A DNA stretch of 64,000 nucleotides, taken from an uncultured Nitrososphaeraceae archaeon (lineage in GTDB: Archaea > Thermoproteota > Nitrososphaeria > Nitrososphaerales > Nitrososphaeraceae). A program made the position numbers and the translations under genes. The notes beneath the pieces were generated by a model, which was given only the letters and a program-made list of their open reading frames with translations, ran no database searches and was not told the origin of the DNA. The first letter of the stretch is position 1. Each line of letters opens with the position of its first letter. Location: contig CAWIMJ010000009.1 in NCBI GenBank assembly GCA_963837175.1, forward strand, positions 1 to 64,000, written 5' to 3'. Of this stretch, positions 21,220 to 32,432 are shown piece after piece.

Positions 21220-22379
21220 CGTTTTCGTTTTGGAGATTTAGCTTTTGGGGCCTTTCCGAAGTCATACGTGTGTCCGGTGCCTCTATAGAACTTGGGTCTA
21301 ACAGGGTTCCCTTCTACTTCACCTTTCTTTGTCAGAGAAAGACCCGCTAACAGTTCGACAATTAATCTATTAGCAAGACCAGAAGTAATACCTCCGTTGT
21401 ACGAATTTTGATCGCTTACATCATAGTTAGGAGCAACTTCCACCAGATCGAAAGCGAACTTGTCTGGATCAAACGAAGTGGAAAGTAATCGCATTAGCCT
21501 CATTCCTTCACGAGAAGTAAGACCGTTAGGTTCTGGTTCTCCTGTCCCAGGTGCAAAAGCTGGATCAAAAGTGTCTATGTCCCAGCTAATGTATACAGCA
21601 TCAACATTATCGTTAGCCCTGTCTGCAGCCTCTTTTGCTATCTGATCAATTCCTAGCTCCTCTACATCTAGCATGGTAAACCACTGAAAGTCCTGATCAG
21701 CCATCCATTTGTAGAGATCTGGACCAGGCCAATAGCCTCTAGGACCTATCAAAGTATAGTTCTTTCCTTTAAGGCAACCCAGTTCCATTATTCGTCGGAT
21801 ATGTGCTCCATGGTCGTATTTAAAACCGCAGAGGCCTTGTGGAGCGCAGTCTGCGTGTGTATCAATATGAATCATTCCAATATTTTTGTACTTCTTGGCG
21901 AATGCTCTGACATTAGCAAACGTAATTGAATGATCGCCTCCCAGCATGACAGGGATGCCGTCTACATCTAGGACTTCTTTTACCTTGTTAGTCATTCTAG
22001 TATGAGATTCAATGACATCTCCAGGTGAGACAACTACATCACCATAGTCGACTGTTCGAAATACTCCGAAAGGATCGACTCCAGTTTCTATGTTAAAATG
22101 CTCATAGGGAGGTGATGGTACTGTTGAAGCCGCTCTAATGGCCCGGGGTCCATATCTGGCGCCAGGTCTAATTGTGGTTCCAAAGTCAAACGGCTCGCCA
22201 ATGATTGCAACATCTGGTTTTACCTTCTTTAACTCTTGCAAAGTTCTGATCCAAGGTAGTTTCAAAAAAGTAGGAATACCTACAAAAATCGGTTCATCGT
22301 TTCCCTTGTAAGAGTCCCCGTAAAATTCCATTCCCATTGATAAATCAGATTTAGATAAACATACCGATTTCTTAAACAT
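21216..22379 (-). CDS. Ureohydrolase (agmatinase/guanidino-amidinohydrolase family)
   Basis: RPGARYGP, GGDHSIT, DTHAD, SWDIDTFDPAFAPGTGEPEPNG, DLVEVAPNYD. Confidence 0.92.
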   Translation of the reverse strand: MFKKSVCLSKSDLSMGMEFYGDSYKGNDEPIFVGIPTFLKLPWIRTLQELKKVKPDVAIIGEPFDFGTTIRPGARYGPRAIRAASTVPSPPYEHFNIETGVDPFGVFRTVDYGDVVVSPGDVIESHTRMTNKVKEVLDVDGIPVMLGGDHSITFANVRAFAKKYKNIGMIHIDTHADCAPQGLCGFKYDHGAHIRRIMELGCLKGKNYTLIGPRGYWPGPDLYKWMADQDFQWFTMLDVEELGIDQIAKEAADRANDNVDAVYISWDIDTFDPAFAPGTGEPEPNGLTSREGMRLMRLLSTSFDPDKFAFDLVEVAPNYDVSDQNSYNGGITSGLANRLIVELLAGLSLTKKGEVEGNPVRPKFYRGTGHTYDFGKAPKAKSPKRKR

Positions 22380-22525
22380 TACTAAGTATATTACATCTCG
22401 AAGCTAACAAATTATCATGTGTATCAATTGCTTCTATCTTCATCATCTACTCGCAACGTAGTAGCTTTGTCCTCACTATAGATCACTTCAACATCGGTGT
22501 GTTTGCCGAGGTTTAGTTTTGATTC

Positions 22526-24121
22526 TTATTTTTGGTTTTTCATTCTTACATCAATTGGATTAATCCACTTCGAAACATCCGTCCCTGCTACTACGTCTTC
22601 TTCCGATGGAATTAGGTAAATTACTTCATGCCTTGGTGGACTCTTCTTGTATGTAGCTAGACTTACTATTACAAATAGTATAAACGATACGAGTGGTGGA
22701 ATCATTGTATCTAGACCAAGGTAAGGAAAAAGCGGGCTGTCAGGAGGGGCTGTTGACCACACAAAGTACAATATCAATCGTAGCAAAGATCCAACAATGA
22801 TTGACACAACAGCGGCTTGATTAGTCGATTTCTTCCAAAATGTACCCATAACCAAAGGCACAAAACAACCTGCGAAGGCAATATCAAACGCCAATATCAG
22901 ATAAGCGCCGGGCCTAGGAATAATAGCACCCAGTGCGAAAGCAGCAAAGAACATTGGAATGATCAAAAGTCTTGTCGCGGTTAGTAACTGTCTGTCGTTT
23001 AGAGTAAAGCCTTTTCCCTTTAGTTTCCCAATGAGATTTCGCTGCAGTATGTTCCTTGACATTACACTTGCTATAGCGAGTGTTCCCCCATTTGCAGTGG
23101 ACATTCCGCAACTCACAGTGCTAACTAGCATTAGTATTCCTATAAATTCAGGTACATGTTTTATCGCCACTACAGGATACAAGGTAAATGGATCCTTAAT
23201 ATTCGGTTCAAGTGTATGTCCAACAATGCCAATCATTGTTGTAGGGACTAGAATTAGCAATGTAATACCAGCAGCAAGGTAGCAGCTCTTTGCTGCCGTT
23301 CGGCCACTATTGGCTGAAAACACCCGTTCCATAAAATCCAAGGCTACCAAATCACCTAGACCTAGCGACAAGATTCCAGCCCAATTGATTAAAGCACCGT
23401 TTTTAATATCAAACAAACCTGACATATCCATGAAATTTGGAGGGACATTTGCAATTATTGTTTCTAGTCCACCTGGAATGGGTGACCACGGACCAATGAA
23501 GTATATAAACCCTAACCAAAATCCTGCTACTGCTAAATAAATGTGGAAAATATCTGTATATGCACAGGAAAAGAGTCCACCAAAGTAAGTATATAACAAT
23601 ATTATTGCAGTCGATATGAGCATAGCCCAGACCAAAGGTATGCTCAGTACCACGGATAAAATGTAACCACTTGCACCAAGGTTACCAGCTACCAGAACAA
23701 TAAAGCTTACCGACATTATCACGCCAGACAGGACTTCCGCGGTATTTCCATATCGCCGAAAGTAAAAATCTGCAAGCGTAATCATATTCATTCTATTGTA
23801 TATTCTGCCAAATAACGCACCTGTAAGAACTAAGCAAATCGCCAAACCTAAAGGAATAACAGCACCACCCCAAAAGCCAAAGTCATAGGTCAATGATACA
23901 TTGCCAAGTGAAGCGTTACCATCAACCGCTTCAGAAACTAGCATGGTGCCGACAAAGAACAAAGGTAAACTCTTACCTGCAACAATAAAGCGCTTGCTGC
24001 TTTTCTTAACGAATTTGCCTGATAATATTCCAATGACAGCAGTTGCAATAACAAATGCCATTACCACAACGGGGTAACTAATCGGAACGTCGATGGCGGC
24101 CATCCTAATACCGAGTGTCAT
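22526..24121 (-). CDS. Sodium:solute symporter (SSS) family transporter
   Basis: FIVAGKSLP, TLADFYFRRYG, YTYFGGL..AYTD, about 13 TMs. Confidence 0.9.
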   Translation of the reverse strand: MTLGIRMAAIDVPISYPVVVMAFVIATAVIGILSGKFVKKSSKRFIVAGKSLPLFFVGTMLVSEAVDGNASLGNVSLTYDFGFWGGAVIPLGLAICLVLTGALFGRIYNRMNMITLADFYFRRYGNTAEVLSGVIMSVSFIVLVAGNLGASGYILSVVLSIPLVWAMLISTAIILLYTYFGGLFSCAYTDIFHIYLAVAGFWLGFIYFIGPWSPIPGGLETIIANVPPNFMDMSGLFDIKNGALINWAGILSLGLGDLVALDFMERVFSANSGRTAAKSCYLAAGITLLILVPTTMIGIVGHTLEPNIKDPFTLYPVVAIKHVPEFIGILMLVSTVSCGMSTANGGTLAIASVMSRNILQRNLIGKLKGKGFTLNDRQLLTATRLLIIPMFFAAFALGAIIPRPGAYLILAFDIAFAGCFVPLVMGTFWKKSTNQAAVVSIIVGSLLRLILYFVWSTAPPDSPLFPYLGLDTMIPPLVSFILFVIVSLATYKKSPPRHEVIYLIPSEEDVVAGTDVSKWINPIDVRMKNQK

Positions 24122-24221
24122 TACTTGGTCATATATTTAAGCCTGTTTAAGTAACCTGCATATTTTTCATACAAAAGATAATTTACTTGTTTATGTACTT
24201 TTTAATACATTACTAGCATAG

Positions 24222-24256
24222 TTCTTGTCGCGATCAATAGTATTAAGCGACAAGAA
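24222..24256. promoter_or_regulatory. 10-bp inverted repeat between usp and the SSS gene
   Basis: TTCTTGTCGC-N15-GCGACAAGAA. Confidence 0.45.
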
Positions 24257-24298
24257 TTTCCAAAGTACAATGAGAGGAGTGAAACTATTTCTAAAAAG

Positions 24299-24820
24299 CT
24301 ACCTGACAGCCAACACAGGACAGTGAGCATGACTAATGACTTTGCTAGCGACACTTCCCATTAGGAATTTTTCTATTCCGGTCATACCTTTTGTCCCAAT
24401 TATGATAAGATCCGCATCTGCTTGCTTAGCATAGTTTAGTATACCTTCGGCGGCAGACGAAGCGTTGGTAATTAGATCAGTCTTCATTTCAACTCCTTTT
24501 CCCTGTGCAAGATCCTTTGCTTCATTTAATAACTTCGCATACTCTTTTTGCATCGCCCTTTCATACATTTCAGCTCTGGTTCCTGGATAATAGCTTAATA
24601 GATCCCAGACAATTCCTAGAGAGGCCCTATCGATAACGTGAATTGACGTAAGACTTGATCCAAATGCCTTTGCCAACATAGTTCCGGTTTCTATGACCTT
24701 TTGTCGATATCCGGACTTATCAATAGCAGTCAAGATCTTCTTGAAAGTGTCTTTGCTCTCGGTCACTCCAGTAAATTCACTAGTCATTATCTCAAATAAC
24801 TTCTTGTCCCTATACATCAT
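24299..24820 (-). CDS. Universal stress protein (UspA family)
   Basis: FKKILTAID, DLIIIGTKGMTGIEKFLMGSVASKVISHAHCPVLAVR. Confidence 0.93.
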   Translation of the reverse strand: MMYRDKKLFEIMTSEFTGVTESKDTFKKILTAIDKSGYRQKVIETGTMLAKAFGSSLTSIHVIDRASLGIVWDLLSYYPGTRAEMYERAMQKEYAKLLNEAKDLAQGKGVEMKTDLITNASSAAEGILNYAKQADADLIIIGTKGMTGIEKFLMGSVASKVISHAHCPVLAVR

Positions 24821-24890
24821 AAATATTACTGGGTCAACTGCTATCGGATTCAGTATAACAAATTTACACCCGTATTACCGACACAAATTA

Positions 24891-25403
24891 TCACAATTTT
24901 CTTAATTTTGTGTAAAGAGTGGGGTCCAATTTGCGAGCCTTATCAAAACAATCTTGAGCCAATTTGATTTTACCTATTATCGCAAGGGCTCTTCCCTTGT
25001 TATACCAAGCCTTAGCATAGCTATTCTTGATCTTTATGGCTTTATCAAAACTTTCGATGGCTTCTTCGAACCTCTTAATTTTCATTTGTGTTAATCCTTG
25101 ATTGTGCCATGTGATTTCACTGTTTGGGTTTATAGCGATTGCTTTTGAAAAAGATTTCAAAGCCTCTTCAAGTTTACCTTGCTTAGTGAGAATCAAACCT
25201 TTATCTCCCCATGCGCAATCATTTTGGGGATTTATCTCCAAAGCTTTATCAAAATAATTTATGGCACCGACAAGATTGTTTGCGTTAGCCATATCTTCAC
25301 CGCGAATAATGTATTCGTTTGAAAGCTCTTTTTTTGAATGAAAAACAATAGGGGTATTTTTTTTATCCTTCTTTATCCATGACAGTATCCCCATAGCTAA
25401 CAA
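24891..25403 (-). CDS. Tetratricopeptide repeat protein
   Basis: Repeated AW.NKG..L..LG...EA...F.KA..INP. Confidence 0.9.
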   Translation of the reverse strand: MLAMGILSWIKKDKKNTPIVFHSKKELSNEYIIRGEDMANANNLVGAINYFDKALEINPQNDCAWGDKGLILTKQGKLEEALKSFSKAIAINPNSEITWHNQGLTQMKIKRFEEAIESFDKAIKIKNSYAKAWYNKGRALAIIGKIKLAQDCFDKARKLDPTLYTKLRKL

Positions 25404-25792
25404 GACTTAAACTTATGTATAAATATGAACTTAACGTAGGTAATTTCGTTTTAAGTACGTGTTAATATGGAATCTATTGATATATTTTCAGCTAGATTCA
25501 GCATCTATTTCTTTCTCATCGCCTCTCGTCCCTATGGTTCCAAGATAAAGAAAATAGCCGCTAGCAGCCAGGATTGCCGCAAACATAGCTATCTGATAAG
25601 ATATATCCACGATTACATATTTCTATTGTTAATATTTAAGGTTAGCTTCGGATCCCAATACGACAGAGAAGGTCTACGCTACTCCCAACTTACTCTAGTA
25701 ATTTAAGGATATTTGCCGAACATCTACTTGTCAATCGTTGGAAACTTAATAAGAATTACATTTAAATCTAAAGCTAGATCTTTCATACTGAA

Positions 25793-25978
25793 TTGTTCGA
25801 CAAGAGATATGGATGCGGAGCGTGTGGTAAAACGTTTAAAGATAGATTCCAACTTTTGGAACATGCGGAAGACGCTCACAATAAAAATACTACTTATTCT
25901 TGCATAACATGTGACGAATCTTTTAGTTCTGAATCGTCTTTTAAGTTGCATATGGTAAGGGATCATAAGTTATTCTGA
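25793..25978 (+). CDS. C2H2 zinc-finger protein
   Basis: CGACGKTF...LLEHAEDAH and CITCDESF...FKLHMVRDH. Confidence 0.85.
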   Translation: MFDKRYGCGACGKTFKDRFQLLEHAEDAHNKNTTYSCITCDESFSSESSFKLHMVRDHKLF

Positions 25979-26367
25979 TGATCTCACTATCCAGAGTCGA
26001 TACTATCGGGAAGAAGATTCATTTATCAACCCTAAATAGCAGATCATATGAACCTAAGAAAGATCAATATGGAAATAGGTCCAGAAATATTCTCTATATA
26101 CAAGATAGCTTCGATATGAATAGACATTTGGTTATCTTCTGCATGCGCTCATATTTTTGAAAAAATGCTGTAACTTAAGCGAGGAGGTTGCGCTAACAAA
26201 TAGTAAATCAACGAATCATTATATTAACCAAATCGAACTGAGTCTACTATGTCATTCCAAAGTAATTATATTGAAACTTATGGTAAGAACCATCTCTAGA
26301 AAAATCCCTTTTTACCTATTGCTCAAATATGAATGGAAAATATTAATAATGTGCAATTAGCGTAATT

Positions 26368-27426
26368 TCATCTATACTCATCACCACAATCTCCAATTAT
26401 TTCAAACAAGTTATTTGACTTTGTACATACGGCATCTATTTCATCACAATCTATTTTATCCAAACTAAATTTGAATACCTGCATGTTATCGTTTCTGTGA
26501 TCAACTATTCCAAGTCGGACGCCGATAATAACGCCTGCTACTGCAGACTTGGCAAGAATATAGCGGGTTGCCACATTTGCAATGCTTACATTGTGCTTTT
26601 GGGCTATTCTCTTCAAAGTCGATAAAAGCTCTTGGAACAAATTCCATCCGCCCCATGCATCTATCATCTGCTTGTATTTTCGTAAGCTCAACGTATCTAA
26701 CTCAGCAGCAGATGGTTGTATTCTTCCTAGATAGCGCTCTGACATCAGCCCTCCACAGATACTTCCATAAGTAAGCAGACTGATATTGTGCTTCAGGCAA
26801 AATGGTACCATCTTTACTTCTGGCCTACGATCTATAATCGAATATTGAATCTGGTTCGATACAATTTGTAGATCTGAATCTATCATGATCTGCATACGTT
26901 CAGTATCGAAATTTGTAAGACCTACATGCTTGATTAATCCTTCATCTCGAAGATCGAATAGGTATTTGAGAGCATCCATGTAATACGGATTGTTATAATC
27001 CCACCAGTGGAATTGAAGTAAATCAAGTGAGCTAGCACTCATTCTGCGAAGAGATCTTTCTATATTTTCCTTAACAATAGAGCGTGTAATTCTTCCTGGC
27101 TGTGGAACCCATTTTGTTAATGCCTGAATTCTGTCGAGTTCTCCTTTTCCTTTTAGTCTCAATAATCTACGCCTGAACTCCCCAATAAAATCCTCTGCTG
27201 GGCCATAAATATCTGCTAGGTCCCAAGTTGTAAAGCCCGCATCATGATATCCAATCATGTCTGCCATTGCCAATTCATGATCGATATATCCATGCCCCCC
27301 TGCAACCTGCCACATGCCGTTGAGTATTCTGCATATTGTCAAATCAGGTGCCAGATGGTGGCATTTCTTATTCATTTCATTCATTCTAGCTTTTCTCGAT
27401 ATTTTTATATCACGAATACCAAGCAC
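26368..27426 (-). CDS. Aldo/keto reductase
   Basis: NGMWQ, DLADIYGPAE, TKW, LDLLQFHWWDY, GLTNFD, NQIQYS. Confidence 0.9.
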   Translation of the reverse strand: MLGIRDIKISRKARMNEMNKKCHHLAPDLTICRILNGMWQVAGGHGYIDHELAMADMIGYHDAGFTTWDLADIYGPAEDFIGEFRRRLLRLKGKGELDRIQALTKWVPQPGRITRSIVKENIERSLRRMSASSLDLLQFHWWDYNNPYYMDALKYLFDLRDEGLIKHVGLTNFDTERMQIMIDSDLQIVSNQIQYSIIDRRPEVKMVPFCLKHNISLLTYGSICGGLMSERYLGRIQPSAAELDTLSLRKYKQMIDAWGGWNLFQELLSTLKRIAQKHNVSIANVATRYILAKSAVAGVIIGVRLGIVDHRNDNMQVFKFSLDKIDCDEIDAVCTKSNNLFEIIGDCGDEYR

Positions 27427-27514
27427 AAAAATCTAACGCTTATAGAAAGTACAAGTATTCAATAAGAATAAACTTATCTATATCTAATACAATTTCAAAT
27501 ATAAAATCTAATAC

Positions 27515-27859
27515 TTGCCACACATAAGCAGGACGAACTATAGCCCAAAGGATATTGATGTTAAAATTGCAGAGATAAATGATGGAATATACAGAATTTC
27601 TGGATATAATAGCACATTTGGAATTACATTCAATCAGTTCTTAATTGACGATGAACAACCAATGCTTATTCATACTGGTCCTATTGGAATGTACAAGAAA
27701 ATAGAAGAAAAAGTTAAAGAAGTAATTTCATTACAAAAACTAACTTATGTAGCATTTCTACATTTTTTTGAAAGTGACGAATGGGGAGGAATGGCATTTC
27801 TTGAATCTGCTGATGCTAAGTTAGTATGTAGTGATTTAAGTTCCTTTGCACTTGAGTGA
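27515..27859 (+). pseudogene. Metallo-beta-lactamase-fold (FprA/ODP-like) protein, truncated
   Basis: ITFNQFLIDDEQPMLIHTG, LHFFESDEWGG; ends abruptly on the stop of the convergent adh gene. Confidence 0.7.
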
Positions 27860-28900
27860 GTTCGCAATATCTATAACAAACCTATATCGAACGTCGCTTT
27901 TCACAACTCTCTCAAAAGCCTCATTCACTTGCTGTATCGGGATAAGTTCTATATCGCAAGCAATGTTATTCTTGCTGCAGAAATCAAGCATCTCCTGGGT
28001 TTCTCGAATCCCACCGATCGCCGATCCTGCAAGACTGCGACGAGTACTAACTAATGAGAAGGGACCAATCGACATTTGCTTCTCAGGAAGCCCAACCACT
28101 ACCATTGTCCCATCCAGAGCAAGCATCTTCAAGTACTTGTTGGAATCGAGCTCAACTGAAACCGTGTTGATTATGAGGTCAAAATAGCCTTTGAGCTTTT
28201 TGAAAGTATTCGGATCTGATGAGGTATAGAAGTTATCGGCTCCCATTTTCTTGCTTTCTTCTTGTTTTTTAAGCGAGTGGCTGAGCACGGTGACTTCAGC
28301 CCCGAGTGCGTCTGCGATTTTTACTCCTATATGGCCCAGGCCACCAAGACCGATAATGGCAACTTTCTTTCCTGGACCGGCTTTCCAATGCATTAAAGGA
28401 GAGTATAGTGTGATACCCGCGCAGAGAAGGGGTGCTGCGCGATCCAGAGGAAGGTTGTCGGGGATCCGAAGAACATAGTTCTCATCGACTACGATTTTGT
28501 TAGAATAACCTCCTTGGGTTTGAGTTTTTCCATCCCTCTCGACTGCATTATAAGTCCATGTCGCACCCTCTACGCAATACTGTTCAAGGCCTTTATGACA
28601 AGGGTCACACTTCCTGCAAGAATCAACGAAGTTGCCTACAGCCGCCCTGTCACCTACTTTGAAGCTAGTCACTTTTGTCCCAACTTGTGAGACAATGCCT
28701 GCGATCTCGTGTCCTGGAACCATAGGGAAGATTGATCCACCCCACCCATTACTCACTTGGTGGATGTCCGAATGGCAAATACCACTGTATTGAATGTCGA
28801 TTACGACATCATAATCTCGAGGTTCCCGTCTTTCAAAAGAGTACGGAGTAAGTGCTTCTTTGGCATGCTGCGCCGCATATCCACAAACTTGGATTGTCAT
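27836..28900 (-). CDS. Zn-dependent NADP alcohol dehydrogenase (cinnamyl-alcohol DH/YahK-like)
   Basis: GICHSD, PGHEIAG, CRKCDPC...[22 protein letters not shown]. Confidence 0.93.
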   Translation of the reverse strand: MTIQVCGYAAQHAKEALTPYSFERREPRDYDVVIDIQYSGICHSDIHQVSNGWGGSIFPMVPGHEIAGIVSQVGTKVTSFKVGDRAAVGNFVDSCRKCDPCHKGLEQYCVEGATWTYNAVERDGKTQTQGGYSNKIVVDENYVLRIPDNLPLDRAAPLLCAGITLYSPLMHWKAGPGKKVAIIGLGGLGHIGVKIADALGAEVTVLSHSLKKQEESKKMGADNFYTSSDPNTFKKLKGYFDLIINTVSVELDSNKYLKMLALDGTMVVVGLPEKQMSIGPFSLVSTRRSLAGSAIGGIRETQEMLDFCSKNNIACDIELIPIQQVNEAFERVVKSDVRYRFVIDIANSLKCKGT

Positions 28901-29311
28901 TTCTTTTTCTGTTGCTCCTTTGTCCAAAAATGCTTTCCCCAGTTAAGAACGTAAGCAGGTTTACCTTGGATTTTTTGTACAGGTTTACTATGGCTATATG
29001 AATTAGATAAAAAAATTTATTTCTATGCAATTTCCAACTACATGCTATTGCAAATGCTCAAATATGACATAACGGGGGTAAAACGGCTGGCTTCATGTAC
29101 TTTCAAGAGATGAAACTGCAAAAAATAATGACATAGAGGCAGGAACCGCAAGTGCAATGATCAAAGAAGCATACAAAACGACCGTGAATTTGATTTACAA
29201 AGACAAGTAGCAGTTATTCTGAAAAGAGAAAATAATCTAGACGTAAAATCATTTACATAACTCTACAATCTAAAGTTTACCATATTTAACGACATAAACT
29301 TTACCGTATAC

Positions 29312-29383
29312 TATAACGTAAACTATGCATATAACGTAAACTATGCATATAACGTAAACTATGCATATAACGTAAACTATGCA
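29312..29383. repeat. 4 x 18-bp perfect tandem repeat
   Basis: TATAACGTAAACTATGCA x4. Confidence 0.95.
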
Positions 29384-29408
29384 TTATGATGTATTACAAA
29401 GTAACTAC

Positions 29409-29550
29409 ATGCCAGATAAGCCCATCAAGTTTATAGAATAGATCCGCATACACAAGGGAGCTAGTAGAAATGGCTAAATATAGAGATTCTATGTCATATG
29501 TAGTCCAGAGATTAGTAGATTTGTACAAGAAAACTGCGGTGATACAATAA
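29409..29550 (+). pseudogene. Small ribbon-helix-helix-like DNA-binding protein remnant
   Basis: MPDKPIKFI../ELVEMAKYRDSMSYVVQRLVDLYKK across frameshifts. Confidence 0.45.
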
Positions 29551-30079
29551 GCTATATATTCAAGTATTATTTAGTGTAGCCCCAGTAATACAACTCTTTA
29601 CACGAATTTAAAATTATTACACGGATTTTTACACGCGCTTTATTTTAGCGAAGCTATTAATATAGAGTAAGCTTTACACTTCTCCGATGGACGCAAACGT
29701 TACCAATGAGAAGAACTGAAAAGCAAAGAAAATTGTTGATTTCAAAGTACACCATTTGGACACAATATTTTACGACAATGTGAAGACATTTTCTATAGCC
29801 AAGAAATAAAAGATTCTGAGACAAAACATGTAGGCAATTAGTTGAAGCTCGCGGTCTCGGGATTCTGATTCGAAAATGCTAAGTAAACGCATATCTCCTT
29901 TGAGGATCCCTATTAGATGTCCGCTTTAAGCATTATTATTACATTATACTATTATTATTTTTATTTTTTATTATTTTATAATGATATTGATAACAGTGGT
30001 AATATATATAGAAACGAACTATATTTTTTACTGTAATCTTTTTTATTAGATATATCTTTAATTTAAGGAGACATCACAT

Positions 30080-30560
30080 CTCAAAAATCTTCGACTATCT
30101 TCAATACTAGATATGGAAATAGCAAATTGCTGAAGAAATTACAAAAAAGAAGCAAAGAAATTACATGAACTGATAGTACATTAAGAAAGAATTGCTGGGT
30201 GGATGATGTTCCAATAAGTAATAGAGATATATCCTTTTTGGCCAAAATGTCCATAAAGGATATATAATATTAAAAAGGTATAAAGATATTCTAACTTCAA
30301 TTGAAACTTTAGTAGAAGAAGGATCTACCAAATTGTGATGCCAAAATAATATTTGGTTTGCCAACAAGATTTAGAAATATGGCTCTGCTGCACAGATGAA
30401 GGCATTATGGTATAGAACAAGCAGCCTCTATGTATGGTTAAATGATTCTCTTATAGGAAAGGTTGGTGCAGTTTTTACAAGTGAAGCAGCTTCTTCTGTT
30501 CATGGAGGAGGAGTAGTATAAGAGGAGACTACAGAAGTATCTCTATGCTGTTTTCAGTGT
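30080..30560 (+). pseudogene. wrbA: WrbA NAD(P)H:quinone oxidoreductase remnant
   Basis: IIFGLPTRFRNMA, AQMKA, WLNDSLIGKVGAVFTS, HGGG, ETT with stops and frameshifts. Confidence 0.75.
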
Positions 30561-30886
30561 TTTATCCCAATTCCATAGTAGTAAGGTGTCATATTTACAT
30601 TATGAATAACTGATTATAATATTCATATCCACTATAAATGACATTAAATGAAAATCTGTAATAACTTAACAATATATCTGTTTTTTCTATATGTAACTAA
30701 GAGGCATGAACCACAGACTAGATGCATAATTATATCGACATCATTGCGTATATATTATCTCAATAGCCGGTATAGGAAGCAAATAATATGTATTATACAT
30801 AGATGATGGAGTATTAAGAAATAAAATAAAGAAATAATGAATTTTTTATCTCTGGTTATTTCACGATATCGACCAAATTATAGAAA

Positions 30887-31471
30887 TTAGACTGCTAAAA
30901 AGTTACTATTGTGTCTTTTCATTATTTGCAGCGCTAGTTTTATCTTTCCTCCAATTTCTCCTAGTGGATTATCCGTAGTCCGTATGTTAAGATATAAGTT
31001 TCCATCAAGAAGCATTTTTAGAAAATCAGACATCTGTTTACCTTGAAGCGGGCCAGTGAAGTCTGCGGATGTAAAGTTACCTGTTGCAGATCCGTTACCC
31101 TTTGCGATCAAACCTTGTGTTGGGGCGTAGTGTATCAAGACCAAATCAGTAAAACGACCACCAGTAGAAGATCCTAGAACTACTTCGGAAATGTTCTCTA
31201 GATTAGTTCCGTTGATAGTATAAGACATAGTTTTTCCATCACCTACAAGATTAAAAGTAGCTCTTCCTGATGCATCTGTATTTACCTTCAATAAAGGCAA
31301 ACCATCTCCTGTCAGATCCGCGTAAAGACGTTTTTGTTGCTGTTGTTGTTGAGGTTCAGTCTGATTTTGGGATTGTGCTATCGCGTATTTGCCTAAATAA
31401 CTAGTTCCAATTGCTGATACAGATATTGCACTAAGAAGAATAACTAACAAAAGTGTTCTCTTGTTATCCAT
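30887..31471 (-). CDS. Secreted CHRD-domain protein
   Basis: Signal peptide, ADLTG, ASGRATF, GNLYLNIRTTDNPLGEIGG. Confidence 0.85.
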   Translation of the reverse strand: MDNKRTLLLVILLSAISVSAIGTSYLGKYAIAQSQNQTEPQQQQQQKRLYADLTGDGLPLLKVNTDASGRATFNLVGDGKTMSYTINGTNLENISEVVLGSSTGGRFTDLVLIHYAPTQGLIAKGNGSATGNFTSADFTGPLQGKQMSDFLKMLLDGNLYLNIRTTDNPLGEIGGKIKLALQIMKRHNSNFLAV

Positions 31472-31837
31472 TCAAATAAACATCATAGCCTAATATATAA
31501 AATATTCTATATTATGTACATTGTAGCATTATTATCTAGAGGATGTGACATTTAGGTCATACCACTAATCTATCTATCTATGCATATTGTATCCTATGCG
31601 GTAGAGGAGGTGCTAAGGCATTCAGGCGTCAATTAAGAAAAGACAAGAGTAGTTATGTGTTCACATGGCTTTAGAAAGTTTTTCATTAATCAATGTGGTA
31701 GGGGCTAACATTAACTATAATATGCAGGAGTTTTGGTAGGACATCAACTACCAAACCAAGATCCAAGTTAAGTTAGAACTTCAGAAGAGAATCCATATTT
31801 GAGTTGATAAAATATGCCCATTCTTAGCAATTCTAAA

Positions 31838-32432
31838 TTAACCATTTTTCTGATGATGAAATGCTTGGCCTAGCAATGTCATAGTGGGAACCATGATTAC
31901 TGGGAATATGATTGCCACCTGAATGTTAATAAAGGCTATTCCTATTGAGATGGCATAAAGCGCTGGAATCACCGAAAGGATACTGTACATATATCTATTA
32001 TCATTTTTTTTTAATTCTGTAGTCAGCATATTTCTATGTCTTAATAGGTACATCCATAACAATACTAATAATATACCATTCACGATCTGCAGAGAAGCTA
32101 GAGATGTTATTGAGGGCTGGACTTTGTACCTGAAATAGAGCAACACTAAAGACTGGTGTAAGTAATACAAGTATAAAGAACGTCAGTGAAACCCAGACTA
32201 CTATTTCATTAGATTCTTTTAAATAATCAAGAATTTTCGTATAAATTACCCAAAAAACGATGATTACGAAGAAGCTGCTTATGAGTCCGTAAAGATTATC
32301 TAAAAAGTTTTTTGCTTCATCAGAGTTCAGCTGACCGTTTACGACTGATGGAGGAACAAGATTGTAAGCTAGTAAGGTTAGAGAAACCAGGAGTATGGAG
32401 TCGGCCAAAGTTTTGAGTCGTTCCGTAGTCAT
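31838..32432 (-). pseudogene. TMEM175/DUF1211 family channel; frameshift near 32130
   Basis: TERLKTLADSILLVSLTLL, SFFVIIVFW, LTPVFS; continues in a second frame. Confidence 0.75.

Noticed and set aside
21216-22379. Calling the enzyme guanidinase GdmH or speB
   Set aside because: It lacks GdmH-type DRHxD/HTCPW/GWPEP features and differs from classic SpeB, so the substrate cannot be assigned.
22380-22525. Guanidine riboswitch upstream of the ureohydrolase (also checked 24122-24298)
   Set aside because: No recognisable Gd-I core or paired ACGR hairpins by eye; an Infernal search would settle it.
29312-29383. Possible CRISPR array
   Set aside because: Repeats are contiguous with no spacers; no cas genes.
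29840-29875. tRNA-like fragment GCTCGCGGTCTCGGGATTC
   Set aside because: Too short, with no intact T-loop or cloverleaf.
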